This document shows positions 10,610 to 21,440 of a stretch of DNA of 64,000 nucleotides, piece after piece (positions within the stretch are counted from its first letter, which is position 1; every line of letters begins with the position of its first letter). The notes under the pieces were generated by a model that was not told where the DNA came from, did not search any database, and saw only the letters and a program-made list of their open reading frames with translations. The DNA comes from Haliotis cracherodii. Taxonomy: Eukaryota. Location of the stretch: assembly GCF_022045235.1 (NCBI RefSeq), contig NW_027266275.1, positions 25,110,001 through 25,174,000 of the forward strand. Direction: 5' to 3'. A program made the translations under genes and the position numbers.

Positions 10610-13600
10610 ATGGACGTCAGATATCTTCACAGGGTCTGCTTGATCTTGTGTTATCTCATCGTACAACTGTCCTCGGTTATTGCGGAATGTCCAGTTGATA
10701 GTATTTGGAGTAACCATGCACGGAAGTGTGTATCTTGTGTTGATGTCTGCGCCCTCGCACGTGGATCGGATTGTTTCAGTCGGTGTCTGGGTGAGTCAGT
10801 TTGTCATTATTCCCCAATTACTACGCCATTTGACGTTTTATTGTTCACATTCATGATTGACCTTGGCCTGGTGCCATTCCAGTAACACTGGCGAAGGAAG
10901 TTGACCTGTTTAGGTATGTCATACATGACGAAATCCCCGCCATCATCGTCTGGCACGGTGCCAATTTTTTTCGCGACTACGCTGGTGTGTTGGTAATCGA
11001 TTGCTATGGTAACTGGTTATGTTTCGGTAATGTGATTTATAGATTCCATTCAATGACAGCTTTATCGACGATTGTGAGATAATAATTAACCAAACTATTT
11101 TACTCACATTATATGATCAATCGCTTATTCACGATTAAGGGATTGATATTTCATTGAGTGAAAAAATGAAAACACTGTGAAAAAGAATCATTGTGTCAGG
11201 CGAACGTACTGATTGTTTACTGTAGTGGAAATACCAAACATTCCCTGATGTAAACAACTCACATGACTCGACACAAGCCTCGGTATCGAAATGCACCCAA
11301 TGACCTTCGCTACTACAACGTGGCGTGATACGATTTGTCGAAGGTGTTTAGACGGAAGAAAGGCATTAAGCTATTGTTCTAGGTTACGACGCAGTTGCAA
11401 GTGTGATCATGTAAACAAATCATGATAGTGACATCGATACAAAAATAACCTTCAAATCGGAATTTGTATGTTTTCTGCGCTTGTTTTCGTGTATACATTG
11501 AATGTATGGTTTTAATAACTGTTTGTGTGTAAATTATGTTATCGTACATTGCAGGTTAAGGTTGAGTGGGTACATGAACGTTAAGTCTCTTAAAACATAA
11601 TTTTGATTGAAACAAACAACTAATTTTAAACTGAAAAGGAGCCCCTGTGAGATGGTCGATTGAATCTGTGGAAAATTTAGACTTGCTTCATTCACACAAT
11701 ATCATTACAGTAATGGATGGGCGGAAGGGAAACTAATATGGTTCAGGGACAGCGAGACAGACTAGCCACGTTGGTTGCGATGCTTATTACGTCACTGTGG
11801 ATTATCACAGAGAAAACAGCAAGGGCGGGCATTCAATTTGGGGAGAGAGTTAGTATGTTTTTGCGCAGATTTCAGCAATATTCCAGCGATATCAAACCAG
11901 AAATGGGCTTCACACATTGTACCCATGTGGGGAATCGAACCCGGGCCTTCGGCGTGACAAGCGAACGCTTTAACCACTAGGCTACCCCACCGCCCATTTG
12001 GGAAGAGAACCGAGGTCTGCGGCTTAGTACAACCACCCGTTCAAGTTGAGGGCGGTCGGGTAGCCTAGTGGTTGAAGCGTTGGCTCGTCACGCCGAAGAC
12101 CCGGGTTCGATTCCCCACATGGGTACAATGTGTGAAGCCCATTTTCCGGTGTCCCCCGCCGTGATATTGTTGGAATACTGCTAAAAGCGGCGTAAAACCA
12201 TACTCACTCACTCACTCGCTCACCTTTAACTTGAATGCAGACGTGATCATAAGTGAAGTTGGAAAATTGAATACACTTGTTTGTGTTTATTTGTATCAAA
12301 TAACAGATTATTTAGAGTATTAGCTTGATCTCTGTTGAAGTATATGTGTTATATAAGTTCAGGGATGTGGTAATAGGTGTCAGTGAGGACTATTTTAAGT
12401 GACCACAGGTTTACATCATGACACTTTAAATCCCGCTTACGTGTAAACGAAGTTAGCAGGCATTAAACAGAAGGGCAAATCAGATGAGGATATGGCCTAC
12501 ACATCATTCATAAATGTGACGCATCGCAAATGTCTGCAGACAAGAGTTGCTTAGCTTGTTTATTATTTTATTTGTTGTGAAACGCCGCACTCAGCAATAC
12601 ACCAGCTTTTTGACGGCGTTCTGTAAATAATCGAGTCTGGACCAGACAATCCAGTGATTGACATCATGAGCGTTAATCTACGCCATTGGGATAAGATGAC
12701 ATGAATCAACCAAATCAGCGAGCATGACCACCCGATCCCGTTAGTCGCCTCTTACGACAAGCATGGGTTGCTGAAGAACAATTCTAACCCGGAATCTTCA
12801 CGGGATGAGTATTTTTGCGCCCCTGACATATTCATGGCACTCTCGGTAAATAAAGGAATATATTGTGCGCATGCCTGTTTTCAGTAACTGCGTGTTGCGC
12901 TAGGAAAATAAGGGAACCGTCAATCTGAGTACACAATTATTTTATTTTCAGGGACATCATCGGCGTCTGATACCTCGGGATTGACTAGGGTTCGTCTTGA
13001 TGTTTTCGGTCAGAAATGCATCAACGTCGTATGCCTGGACTTCTCCTACTGCGACCCCGGGGTAGGGGAGTGCACGCCCTGCGACCAGCTGTGCGACCAC
13101 CACCGCATCCAGGGTACAACGGAACAATGTCGACACAAGTGCCCAAGTAAACTCATCTAACATGTATTTGAATAGCAACAAATAATGTTTTCGAGAAAAC
13201 TCAATAATCTTAAAATAGATATTTTCTAAATCGATTTTCGTTTCATTTACTTAGTCTCTTTTAGATCGTGTTCAAAATGTTTCCTGATATATGGATACTT
13301 TAGGAGATGATATGATGTGACGTCATTGTGATCAGTTATCAGAAGTCAAATAAAATAGATCATATGATCATGGAAATAATTAAAACGAAACTTTCAGAGT
13401 ACTTCAACCGTATGGAACGTGTGACAACAGAAGCTCCACGCACTGATGTTCTACGTCGCAGCACCTCCGTGGAGCCTAGAGACACCAGCACGCTTCCTGA
13501 TGCCCGGCAACAGGACCACAGTGTGGCTTCAAGCGACGAGTTCAAATTTAGCGTCGTGACGATTGTAATTGTGATCATTCTGGCGGGTATTGCGGTACTG

Positions 13601-15175
13601 CTGTGGAAGACAAAGTATCTGGCCAAGATGTGTCGCCCCACCCCACAGCCAGAAGAACAGAAGTCATCTCTACCTTGCTCGCAGGAAGGGGAAGGCGATC
13701 TCATCAATTCTCGAAGTAGGTCTGCGTATGAATATTAGCAGTGGTTGCAGAAGTCTTAGTAGCAGTCGTAGCAATAATTGTATTTCTAGTAGCAGTAGCA
13801 GTAGCAGTAGCAGTAGTCGAATCACTAGTAGTAGTAGTAGTAGTAGTAGTATAGTAGTAGTAGTAGTAGTAGTAGTAGCAGTGGTCAATGCAGTTATTAT
13901 CCCCCGGTTTGAGTGAGTGAGTGAGTGAGTTGGTTTTAACATTATTCCAGTTATATCACGGCGTGTCAGCTTAATGTGGGAGGAAAGCCCGAAGTAATGC
14001 AGGTCTCAGACGTTTACCACTTCGGTGAAACCCACGAGCACGGGTATGGTGCTGACAAACCTAGAAACATAATCTGGGCGAACCGGGATTCGAACCCACA
14101 ATCATAGGTTTCTGGCGTGCCCAAGGGACGCAACTCTGCACAGCGAATCGCGGCGTCTTAGACGACTGGGCCACCCGTGCCCCCTCCCCCCGGTTTGAAA
14201 AACGAGGGAATATCGCGATCAACATATCCGTCAGTCCGTTTTTCGTTTACAGAGCAGAACTAAAGAAAACGTTAAATATTTCTTTTTGAAACTATATGGA
14301 TCATTCAGTGATGGCTTTTGATGATTTGGGATCATTTTTTATTAGATAATTTTTTTCATGATGGCAGGTTGGACATGAAACGAGGTAGTGCTCGTTTCCG
14401 GAGCAGACATCCAAAACTGTTGAATATTGCTGGATGAAACTTGCTATGCAGCTCAGTCTGGTGGTAAACTGGGGCCTTTTAATGATTTGGGATTTTTGAA
14501 GAGTACTGAACAGCATTTTTTTTTCTTCACTGAACTGAAGGTATCCAATGGCAAAGAACCAACACTAGTCATAGCAATAGTCGCTGCAGTTGTAGTTTAA
14601 TCAGCAGTAGTAGATAGTGTAATAGTTAAAGTAGTGAAAGAAGTAAGAGTAATAGTCGTAGAGTAGTAGAAGTATTGATAGGAGTTGAAACAGCCCTAAG
14701 AGTTGTACTAAGAGTGTAGTTTTCATAGTGGTAGATACTGTAGTGGGGTTACTGTAGTCCGGTCAATAGTATTTACAAAACTCTGTCCATAAGCGTTAAT
14801 ATATCTTTTGTAAAAGCAGAAGGGTTGAACCTCCGAAAGTTGTCTCCCTTGAATGTTATCACATGAAGACCAACTGTTCTGCTTCTATTCAAAACAGTAA
14901 GTTTGAACAGACCGTATTATCAATTTGCAAAACTAACAATTACTGACGCTTTATATATCCATTGTCCTTCAGCTCCACTAACTGCACCACGTGGTCCCAT
15001 TGCCCAGGAAAAGAACTTCCCGAGTGCAGAAAGTGGACATCAATCAGACCACACCGTAGACCTGGGGGTGGAGATGGGCCACCCCGAGATATGCATCCCT
15101 TATACCGAGGTGGACGGCCCCGGCACACAATCTACTGCACCAAAACGCTGTGTTGATGATCGGCTTGTGTTTTAG
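10610..15175 (+). CDS. G2: TNFR-like receptor, signal peptide + 2 CRD + TM + ITIM tail (~298 aa); exons 10610-10790, 12952-13146, 13398-13715, 14973-15175
   Basis: Phase-1 GT/AG junctions, 897 nt open frame. CRD1 CPVDSIWSNHARKCVSCVDVCALARGSDCFSRC; CRD2 CINVVCLDFSYCDPGVGECTPCDQLCDHHRIQGTTEQCRHKC; TM FSVVTIVIVIILAGIAVLLW. Exon boundaries are homologous to G1 (NSK|TPLT vs NSR|TPLT). Confidence 0.85.
11850..11996 (-). mobile_element. SINE family B (tRNA-Asp-like head)
   Basis: Reverse complement of the 12049-12222 copy; A box TAGCCTAGTGG, B box GGTTCGATTCC. Confidence 0.85.
12049..12222 (+). mobile_element. SINE family B (tRNA-Asp-like head)
   Basis: Pol III A/B boxes; GCTCGTCACGCCGAAGACCCGGGTTCGATTCCCC resembles tRNA-Asp(GTC); (CTCA)n tail. 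Confidence 0.88.
12556..12804 (-). mobile_element. SINE-like family A, full length
   Basis: Reverse complement of the family A consensus. Confidence 0.85.
13758..13880. repeat. (AGT/AGC)n trinucleotide microsatellite in G2 intron 3
   Basis: Seen directly; it produces the poly-S/V/L/T ORFs in the track. Confidence 0.95.
13913..14184 (-). mobile_element. SINE family C (tRNA-Leu/Ser-like head with long A-B box spacing), full length
   Basis: A box TGGCCCAGTCGTCTAAG, B box GGTTCGAATCC, (CTCA)n tail; TSD cccccggtttga on both sides. Confidence 0.88.
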
Positions 15176-15702
15176 CTTCAATGTGTCATGTAGCTATATG
15201 GTCAGAAACATCCTTGTATCATGTCAAACGTGCTGTCAACTACACACAAGGTATGCATGGTTACCCCCTAGAGATTTGATCATTCCACAATCTCCAAAAT
15301 TTATTCGCCGATCTATTAGTTATTTTTTCAGGCTAATTTGGGGTAAAATTGATTTTTGGATTCACAGAGAAAAGGGGTCCAACTTCTAAAATAAATTCAC
15401 TTTTAGAAGTCACATTTTATGATTCAAATCAATGTAATTTCATTTTCTATCTTCGAGAATGGCCCAGTGAAGATCGGTTGCCACCGACAGGTCGGGTAGG
15501 GTCCTGACTTGGTTGATGCATGTCATCGTTTCCCATTTGCGTAGATCAATGCTCATTATGTCAGTCACTGGATTGTCTGGTCCAGACTCAATTATTAACA
15601 GAACGCTGTGTTATAGTTGTAATATTGTAAAGTGTGTTTTAAACCAACAAAACATTGAGATTGGTATTGAGATTATATTATTAATGTGAGAAGTTATAGA
15701 GA

Positions 15703-15841
15703 GTGAGTAGCAATATTCCAGCAACATCACGGCGGGGGACACCAGAAAAGGGCTTCACACATTGCACCCATGTCGGGAATCGAACCCGGGACTTCGGCGT
15801 GACGAGCGAACGCTTTAACCACTAGGCTACCCGACGGCCCC
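15703..15841 (-). mobile_element. SINE family B
   Basis: Matches family B; TSD gtgagaagtta on both sides. Confidence 0.85.
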
Positions 15842-16861
15842 GTGAGAAGTTACACATAGTTAGATATATGTATATAGGTCAGTCTGTTTGTTGTTCTTTT
15901 ACCCTACTTTCATTTGGACGTCTTCACCAAATACCGTATTAACCAATATTTTTGTGAAAACCTAGCTTATCTTTTTAACAAATGTGGTATATTTGTCCCA
16001 TCACTTGAATGTTTGCTGTCTCTAAAATATATGTACCTATATGTATATGTTGCATATTTTACCTTTTTAGCTTATTGCCATTGAATATTTGTATTTGTGT
16101 ATTGTATGGTCGAAGTACTTATTGTACAACTATAATCATTTTTGCAAATGTGTTTCATTATATATAGGGCAGTCAGAAGCTACCTGTTTGTCTGTTTTAA
16201 GAGTACCCCAACCGTCATATCGACATTTTTACCAAAAACGAAACGCATGTTTTTTTTAAAGTTTTGAGTTTTGTTAAAACACTTAAAACATCCATCTGGC
16301 ATATTTCGTTTACCCCCTACGGTGTATACCAGTATGTCCCTTCACTCATTTGTTTGCTGTCTACACGAACAGTTCTGTATAGTTGTTTTTTATATAAAGT
16401 TGTATTTTTAGCTTAATTAGCTAAATGCTATGGATATTTATTCAATAAGATTTAGTTAGATTTAGATTAATGTGCATTGTCATACATTATGTTGGAGCTT
16501 TGTATCTAGTATTTCGAGAAAACGTCGCTCTTGACTGACATTCAAAATGCTCAATTTTAGACTTTTTCCACTGTTTAAATGAATGAATAGGGCATTTGAG
16601 TGTACCCTCCACGGAATCATATCGATTACTTTCCTCGTTGTTTTTTACATAAACCACAGCATTATTTGTGAACATCATGTTCGAATTTGCACAGGAACAA
16701 GTCATGCCTGTATCAAAAGATTGAACGTTAAGCGATACTAGAGATAGGAGATCGAAGAAATCGTATTTTGTGGTGTACTGAATTGTGATGTTCTTCTCAT
16801 ATCAGGGTTATTCAGAAAAAAAACATGTAGGATGTCCCTTAATGACACGGTGATACCCATA

Positions 16862-16974
16862 CTGGGCCCCGTTCCTCAAAGTGATCTTAGCGCTACGATG
16901 ATCGTAAACCTATGTTAAAGTATGGGACTTACGATCACCTTAGTGCTAAGATTGCTTTGGGGAACGGGGCCCAG
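16862..16974. mobile_element. Short palindromic MITE (TIR ctgggccccgttcc); degenerate second copy at ~6168-6262
   Basis: Terminal inverted repeats ctgggccccgttcc / ggaacggggcccag and internal gatcttagcgcta / tagtgctaagat symmetry. Confidence 0.8.
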
Positions 16975-17141
16975 GGCATTAAGATGGCATGACCCGACAC
17001 GTAAAAGGAAGATATACAGTGGTTCAAGGATACTGGAGTATCATTACGGAGGTTAATGACAGTAGAGTATTGTCTATAGAAGTAGCCCGACAAGACGGGC
17101 GATGTTAGTATTGCAGCACCCAGGGGTATACAGTTTACATC

Positions 17142-17315
17142 TCTGATGCCCCTTCTACCACTGCCACGAGCTTGAACCTTATACCTATACATCTCATATG
17201 TATACCTATACATCTCTCATGCCCCTTCTACCACTGCCACGAGCTTGAACCTTATACCTATACATCTCATATGTACACCTATACATCTCATATGTATACC
17301 TATACATCTCATATG
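17142..17315. repeat. Short local tandem repeats (21-bp unit atacctatacatctcatatgt plus a larger duplication)
   Basis: Seen directly. Confidence 0.8.
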
Positions 17316-18264
17316 GTGCTGATGCAATGTTTCTACTCTGCTTACATATTTATTTATTTTTTATTTTTGTAGACCGTTTGTATTTGCGTGTTTCAGCGTT
17401 TACCGTTTGCTACAAAGTAAATAGAACAATAGCAGTGAAATGATTAACAGGATGCGTGCGCGCGCGTGTGTGTTGGTGTGGACGTGGGTGTGTTAGTGAG
17501 GTATGTGTTGTGCGCGCGTGTGATTGCGTGTGCGTTGGTATGGACGTTGATCGGGATCATTGTCAAAGACACATCACTAAGAATATGAAATAGCACACTG
17601 AATATATTAAGGGACATTAGCCCGATTATGTATATTGTTAAAGATGGCTGTTCAGTTTTGCCATGTGTCTGGTATATTGTATGTCATTGGCGTTGTATTT
17701 ATTAATTGTTCTCAAAGCACTGTGATTTTAGTAGCCAAATAGTTTCTCCACTGAGTATAACTTAGGATTGAGAAAGCGATGTCTGTTACCACCTGGCTGT
17801 TACAAAGGTGACGCTATTATGACAAATGTCACAACACCGTTATCACAATATTGGAAGCATCCCATCAGATGACATAGCCTCGTCCATCATATAACATCAT
17901 TGAGGCGTTATTGGGAGATACGGTCGATAACATTACTACATGTCACTTACATTCCTTGTTTGAAAAATCAAATTCCTGGTTATACAGTATTATTATTATA
18001 ACCATGTGCAAGTTTTTTATGGGGGCGTGCGTGTCAAGGCGGCACGGCACCAGGTGCAATTGTCAGATCTGAAGATCAACTTAACATTTTATTAAATGAT
18101 TAAGTGTAAAGTGTAATTGCTGTGTATAGATTAAACCCGAAGCCAGATATTATATTATATAATAACCGTTCAAAACTATTTTGTCAGTGCACGTGTAATA
18201 TCAAGTAATAAACTGTTCACTCGGTATGTAAGCTTGTTTGTCTCAATCATGTTTACAATCTACT

Positions 18265-20980
18265 TGTCGACATGAGGGTGTCGTGATTTAACACAGACAT
18301 AGTTGATTTTACACTGTCGTGATATTACTGAGACACAGATAATATAATAGAGTCGTGATATAACCGTGACACAGCTGACATTACGGTGTCGTGCTATAAC
18401 AGAGATACAGTTAACATGACAGTGTCATGATATAACCGAAACACAGTTGACACGAAAGTGTCGTGATATAACAGAAACAGTTGACATTAAAGAGTCGTGA
18501 TATAACAGAGACACAGTTGACATGAAAGTGTCGTGATATAACCGAGAGACAGTTGAGATGAAAGTGTCAGATATAACCGAGACACAGTTGACATGAAAGT
18601 GTCGTGATATTACCAAGTGACAGTTGAGATGAAAGTGTGAGATATAACCGAGACACAGTTGACATTAAAGTGTCGTGATTTAACCGAGACACAGTTGAGA
18701 TGAAAGTGTCAGATATAACTGAGAGACAGCTGACATTAAAGTGTCGTGATATAACTGAGATACAGTTAACATTACAGTGTCATGATATAACCGAGAGACA
18801 GTTGAGATGAAAGTGTCAGATATAACCGAGACACAGTTGACATGAAAGTGTCGTGATGTAACCAAGAGACAGTTGAGATGAAAGTGTCAGATATAACCGA
18901 GACACAGTTGACATGAAAGTGTCGTGATATAACCGAGACACAGTTGACAAGAAAGTGTCGCGATATAACCGAGACACAGTTGAGATGAAAGTGTCAGATA
19001 TAACCGAGACACAGTTGACATGAAAGTGTCGTGATATAACCGAGACACAGTTGACATGAAAATGTCGTGATATAACCGAGACACAGTTGACATGGAAGTG
19101 TCGTGATATAACCGAGAGACAGTTGACATGAAAGTGTCTCGATATAACCGAGAGACAGTTGACATGAAAGTGTCGTGATATAACCGAGAGACAGTTGACA
19201 TGAAAGTGTCGCGATGTAACCGAGACACAGTTGACATGAAAGTGTCGTGATATTACCAAGTGACAGTTGAGATGAAAGTGTCAGATATAACCGAGACACA
19301 GTTGACATGAAAGTGTCGTGATATAACCAAGAGACAGTTGAGATGAAAGTGTCAGATATAACCGAGACACAGTTGACATGAAAGTGTCGTGATATAACCG
19401 AGACACAGTTGACAAGAAAGTGTCGCGATATAACCGAGACACAGTTGAGATGAAAGTGTCAGATATAACCGAGACACAGTTGACATGAAAGTGTCGTGAT
19501 ATAACCGAGAGACAGTTGACATGAAAGTGTCGTGATATAACCGAGACACAGTTGACATGGAAGTGTCGTGATATAACCGAGAGACAGTTGACATGAAAGT
19601 GTCTCGATATAACCGAGAGACAGTTGACATGAAAGTGTCGTGATATAACTGAGAGACAGTTGACATGAAAGTGTCGCGATGTAACCGAGACACAGTTGAC
19701 ATTAAAGTGTCGTGATTTAACCGAGACACAGTTGAGATAAAAGTGTCAGATATAACCGAGACACAGTTGACATGAAAGTGTCGTGATATAACCGAGACAC
19801 AGTTGACATGAAAGTGTCGTGCTATAACTGAGAGACAGTTGACATGAACGTGTCGTAATATAACCGAGAGACAGTTGACATGAAAGTGTCGCAATGTAAC
19901 CGAGACACAGTTGACATTAAAGTGTCGTGATTTAACCGAGACACAGTTGAGATGAAAGTGTCAGATACAACCGAGACACAGTTGACATGAAAGTGTCGTG
20001 ATATAACCGAGACACAGTTGACATGAAAGTGTCAGATAGAACCGAGACACAGTTGACATGAAAGTGTCGTGATATAACCAAGAGACAGTTGACATGAAAG
20101 TGTCGTGATATAACCGAGAGACAGTTGACATTAAAGTGTCGTGATATAACCGAGAGACAGTTGACATGAAAGTGTCGTGATATAACCGAGAGACAGTTGA
20201 CATGAAAGTGACGTGATATAACCGAGAGACAGTTGACATGAAAGTGTCGTGATATAACCGAGAGACATTTGATATGAAAGTGTCGCGATGTAACCGAGAC
20301 ACAGTTGACATTAAAGTGTCGTCATTTAACCGAGACACAACTGGGATGAAAGAGTCAGATATAACCGAGACACAGTTGAGATGAAAGTGTCGTGATATAA
20401 CCGAGACACAGTTGACATGAAAGTGTCGTGCTATAACTGAGAGACAGTTGACATGAAAGTGTCGTGATATAACCGAGAGACAGTTGACATGAAAGTGTCG
20501 CGATGTAACCGAGACACAGTTGACATGAAAGTGTCATGATATAACCGAGACACAGTTGACATGAAAGTGTCGTGATATAACAGAGACACAGTTGACATTA
20601 AAGTGTCAGATACAACCGAGACACAGTTGACATGAAAGTGTTGTGATATAACCGAGACACAGTTAACATGAAAGTGTCAGATATAACCGAGACATAGTTG
20701 ACATGAAAGTGTCGTGCTATAACAGAGATACAGTTAACATTACAGTGTCGTGATATAACCGAGAGACAGTTGAGAAGAAAGTTTCAGATATAACCGAGAC
20801 ACAGTTGACATGAAACTTTCGTGATATAACCGAGACACAGTTTACATGAAAGTGACTTGATATAACCGAGAGACAGTTGACATGAAACTGTCGTGATATA
20901 ACCGAGACACAGTTGACATGAAAGTGTCAGATATAACCGAGACACAGTTGACATGAAAGTGTCGTGATATAACCGAGACA
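18265..20980. repeat. Minisatellite, 36-bp unit gatataaccgagacacagttgacatgaaagtgtcgt (35-bp variant), about 75 copies
   Basis: Head-to-tail units without unique spacers; gives 12-aa periodic spurious ORFs. Confidence 0.97.
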
Positions 20981-21132
20981 CACACACACCCACACCCAGC
21001 AGCGACACTTCGACATAAAGATGTGTTACATAACCACCTACACAGATACAATACATTGGTACTGACACTATAATGTCAAACAAAAGTTGAACACAGGTGG
21101 CATGACATTGGGTTCGAATCCCATTTCCGCCA

Positions 21133-21440
21133 GACTGCCTCCGTGGTCTAGTGGTAGGGCGTCCGCCCGGAGAGCGGAAGGTCCGGGGTTCGACCCCGGC
21201 CGCGTCTACCAAAAGACGTTGAAAAAAAAGACGCTCGGCATTAAAGGCCTTAAACGAGGACTGGTCGGCTCAGTATACCGTGTCTGAATGGGGTATTCAT
21301 GTTAAACTAAGGCATGGTATCTCAGTGTTGTAGCATCAGTCCTGACGAGTACAAGAAGCCACACACACGCGCGCGCGCGTCGCAAAGTAAGTGCAATAAT
21401 CTTGGACGCGACGTTAAACACCATTTCACCTCACCTCACC
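21133..21440 (+). mobile_element. SINE family D (tRNA-derived head, Meta/MESC-like central domain)
   Basis: A box TGGTCTAGTGG, B box GGTTCGACCCC, body GACTGGTCGGCTC..GTGTCTGA, tail GCGACGTTAAAC..TCACCTCACC; TSD-like flanks ccatttccgcca / ccattttcgcca. The Meta assignment is from recalled similarity. Confidence 0.82.

Noticed and set aside
12049-12125. tRNA genes (also 21133, 30600, 31674, 32055, 14090-14184)
   Set aside because: tRNA-like heads run directly into conserved SINE bodies and simple-repeat tails, several with TSDs; no convincing acceptor stem.
13590-13942. Poly-Ser/Val/Leu ORFs resembling TM proteins
   Set aside because: Produced by the (AGT)n microsatellite.
18265-20980. 36-bp repeats as a CRISPR array
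   Set aside because: Units are head-to-tail with no unique spacers, there are no cas genes, and the context is eukaryotic; it is a minisatellite.
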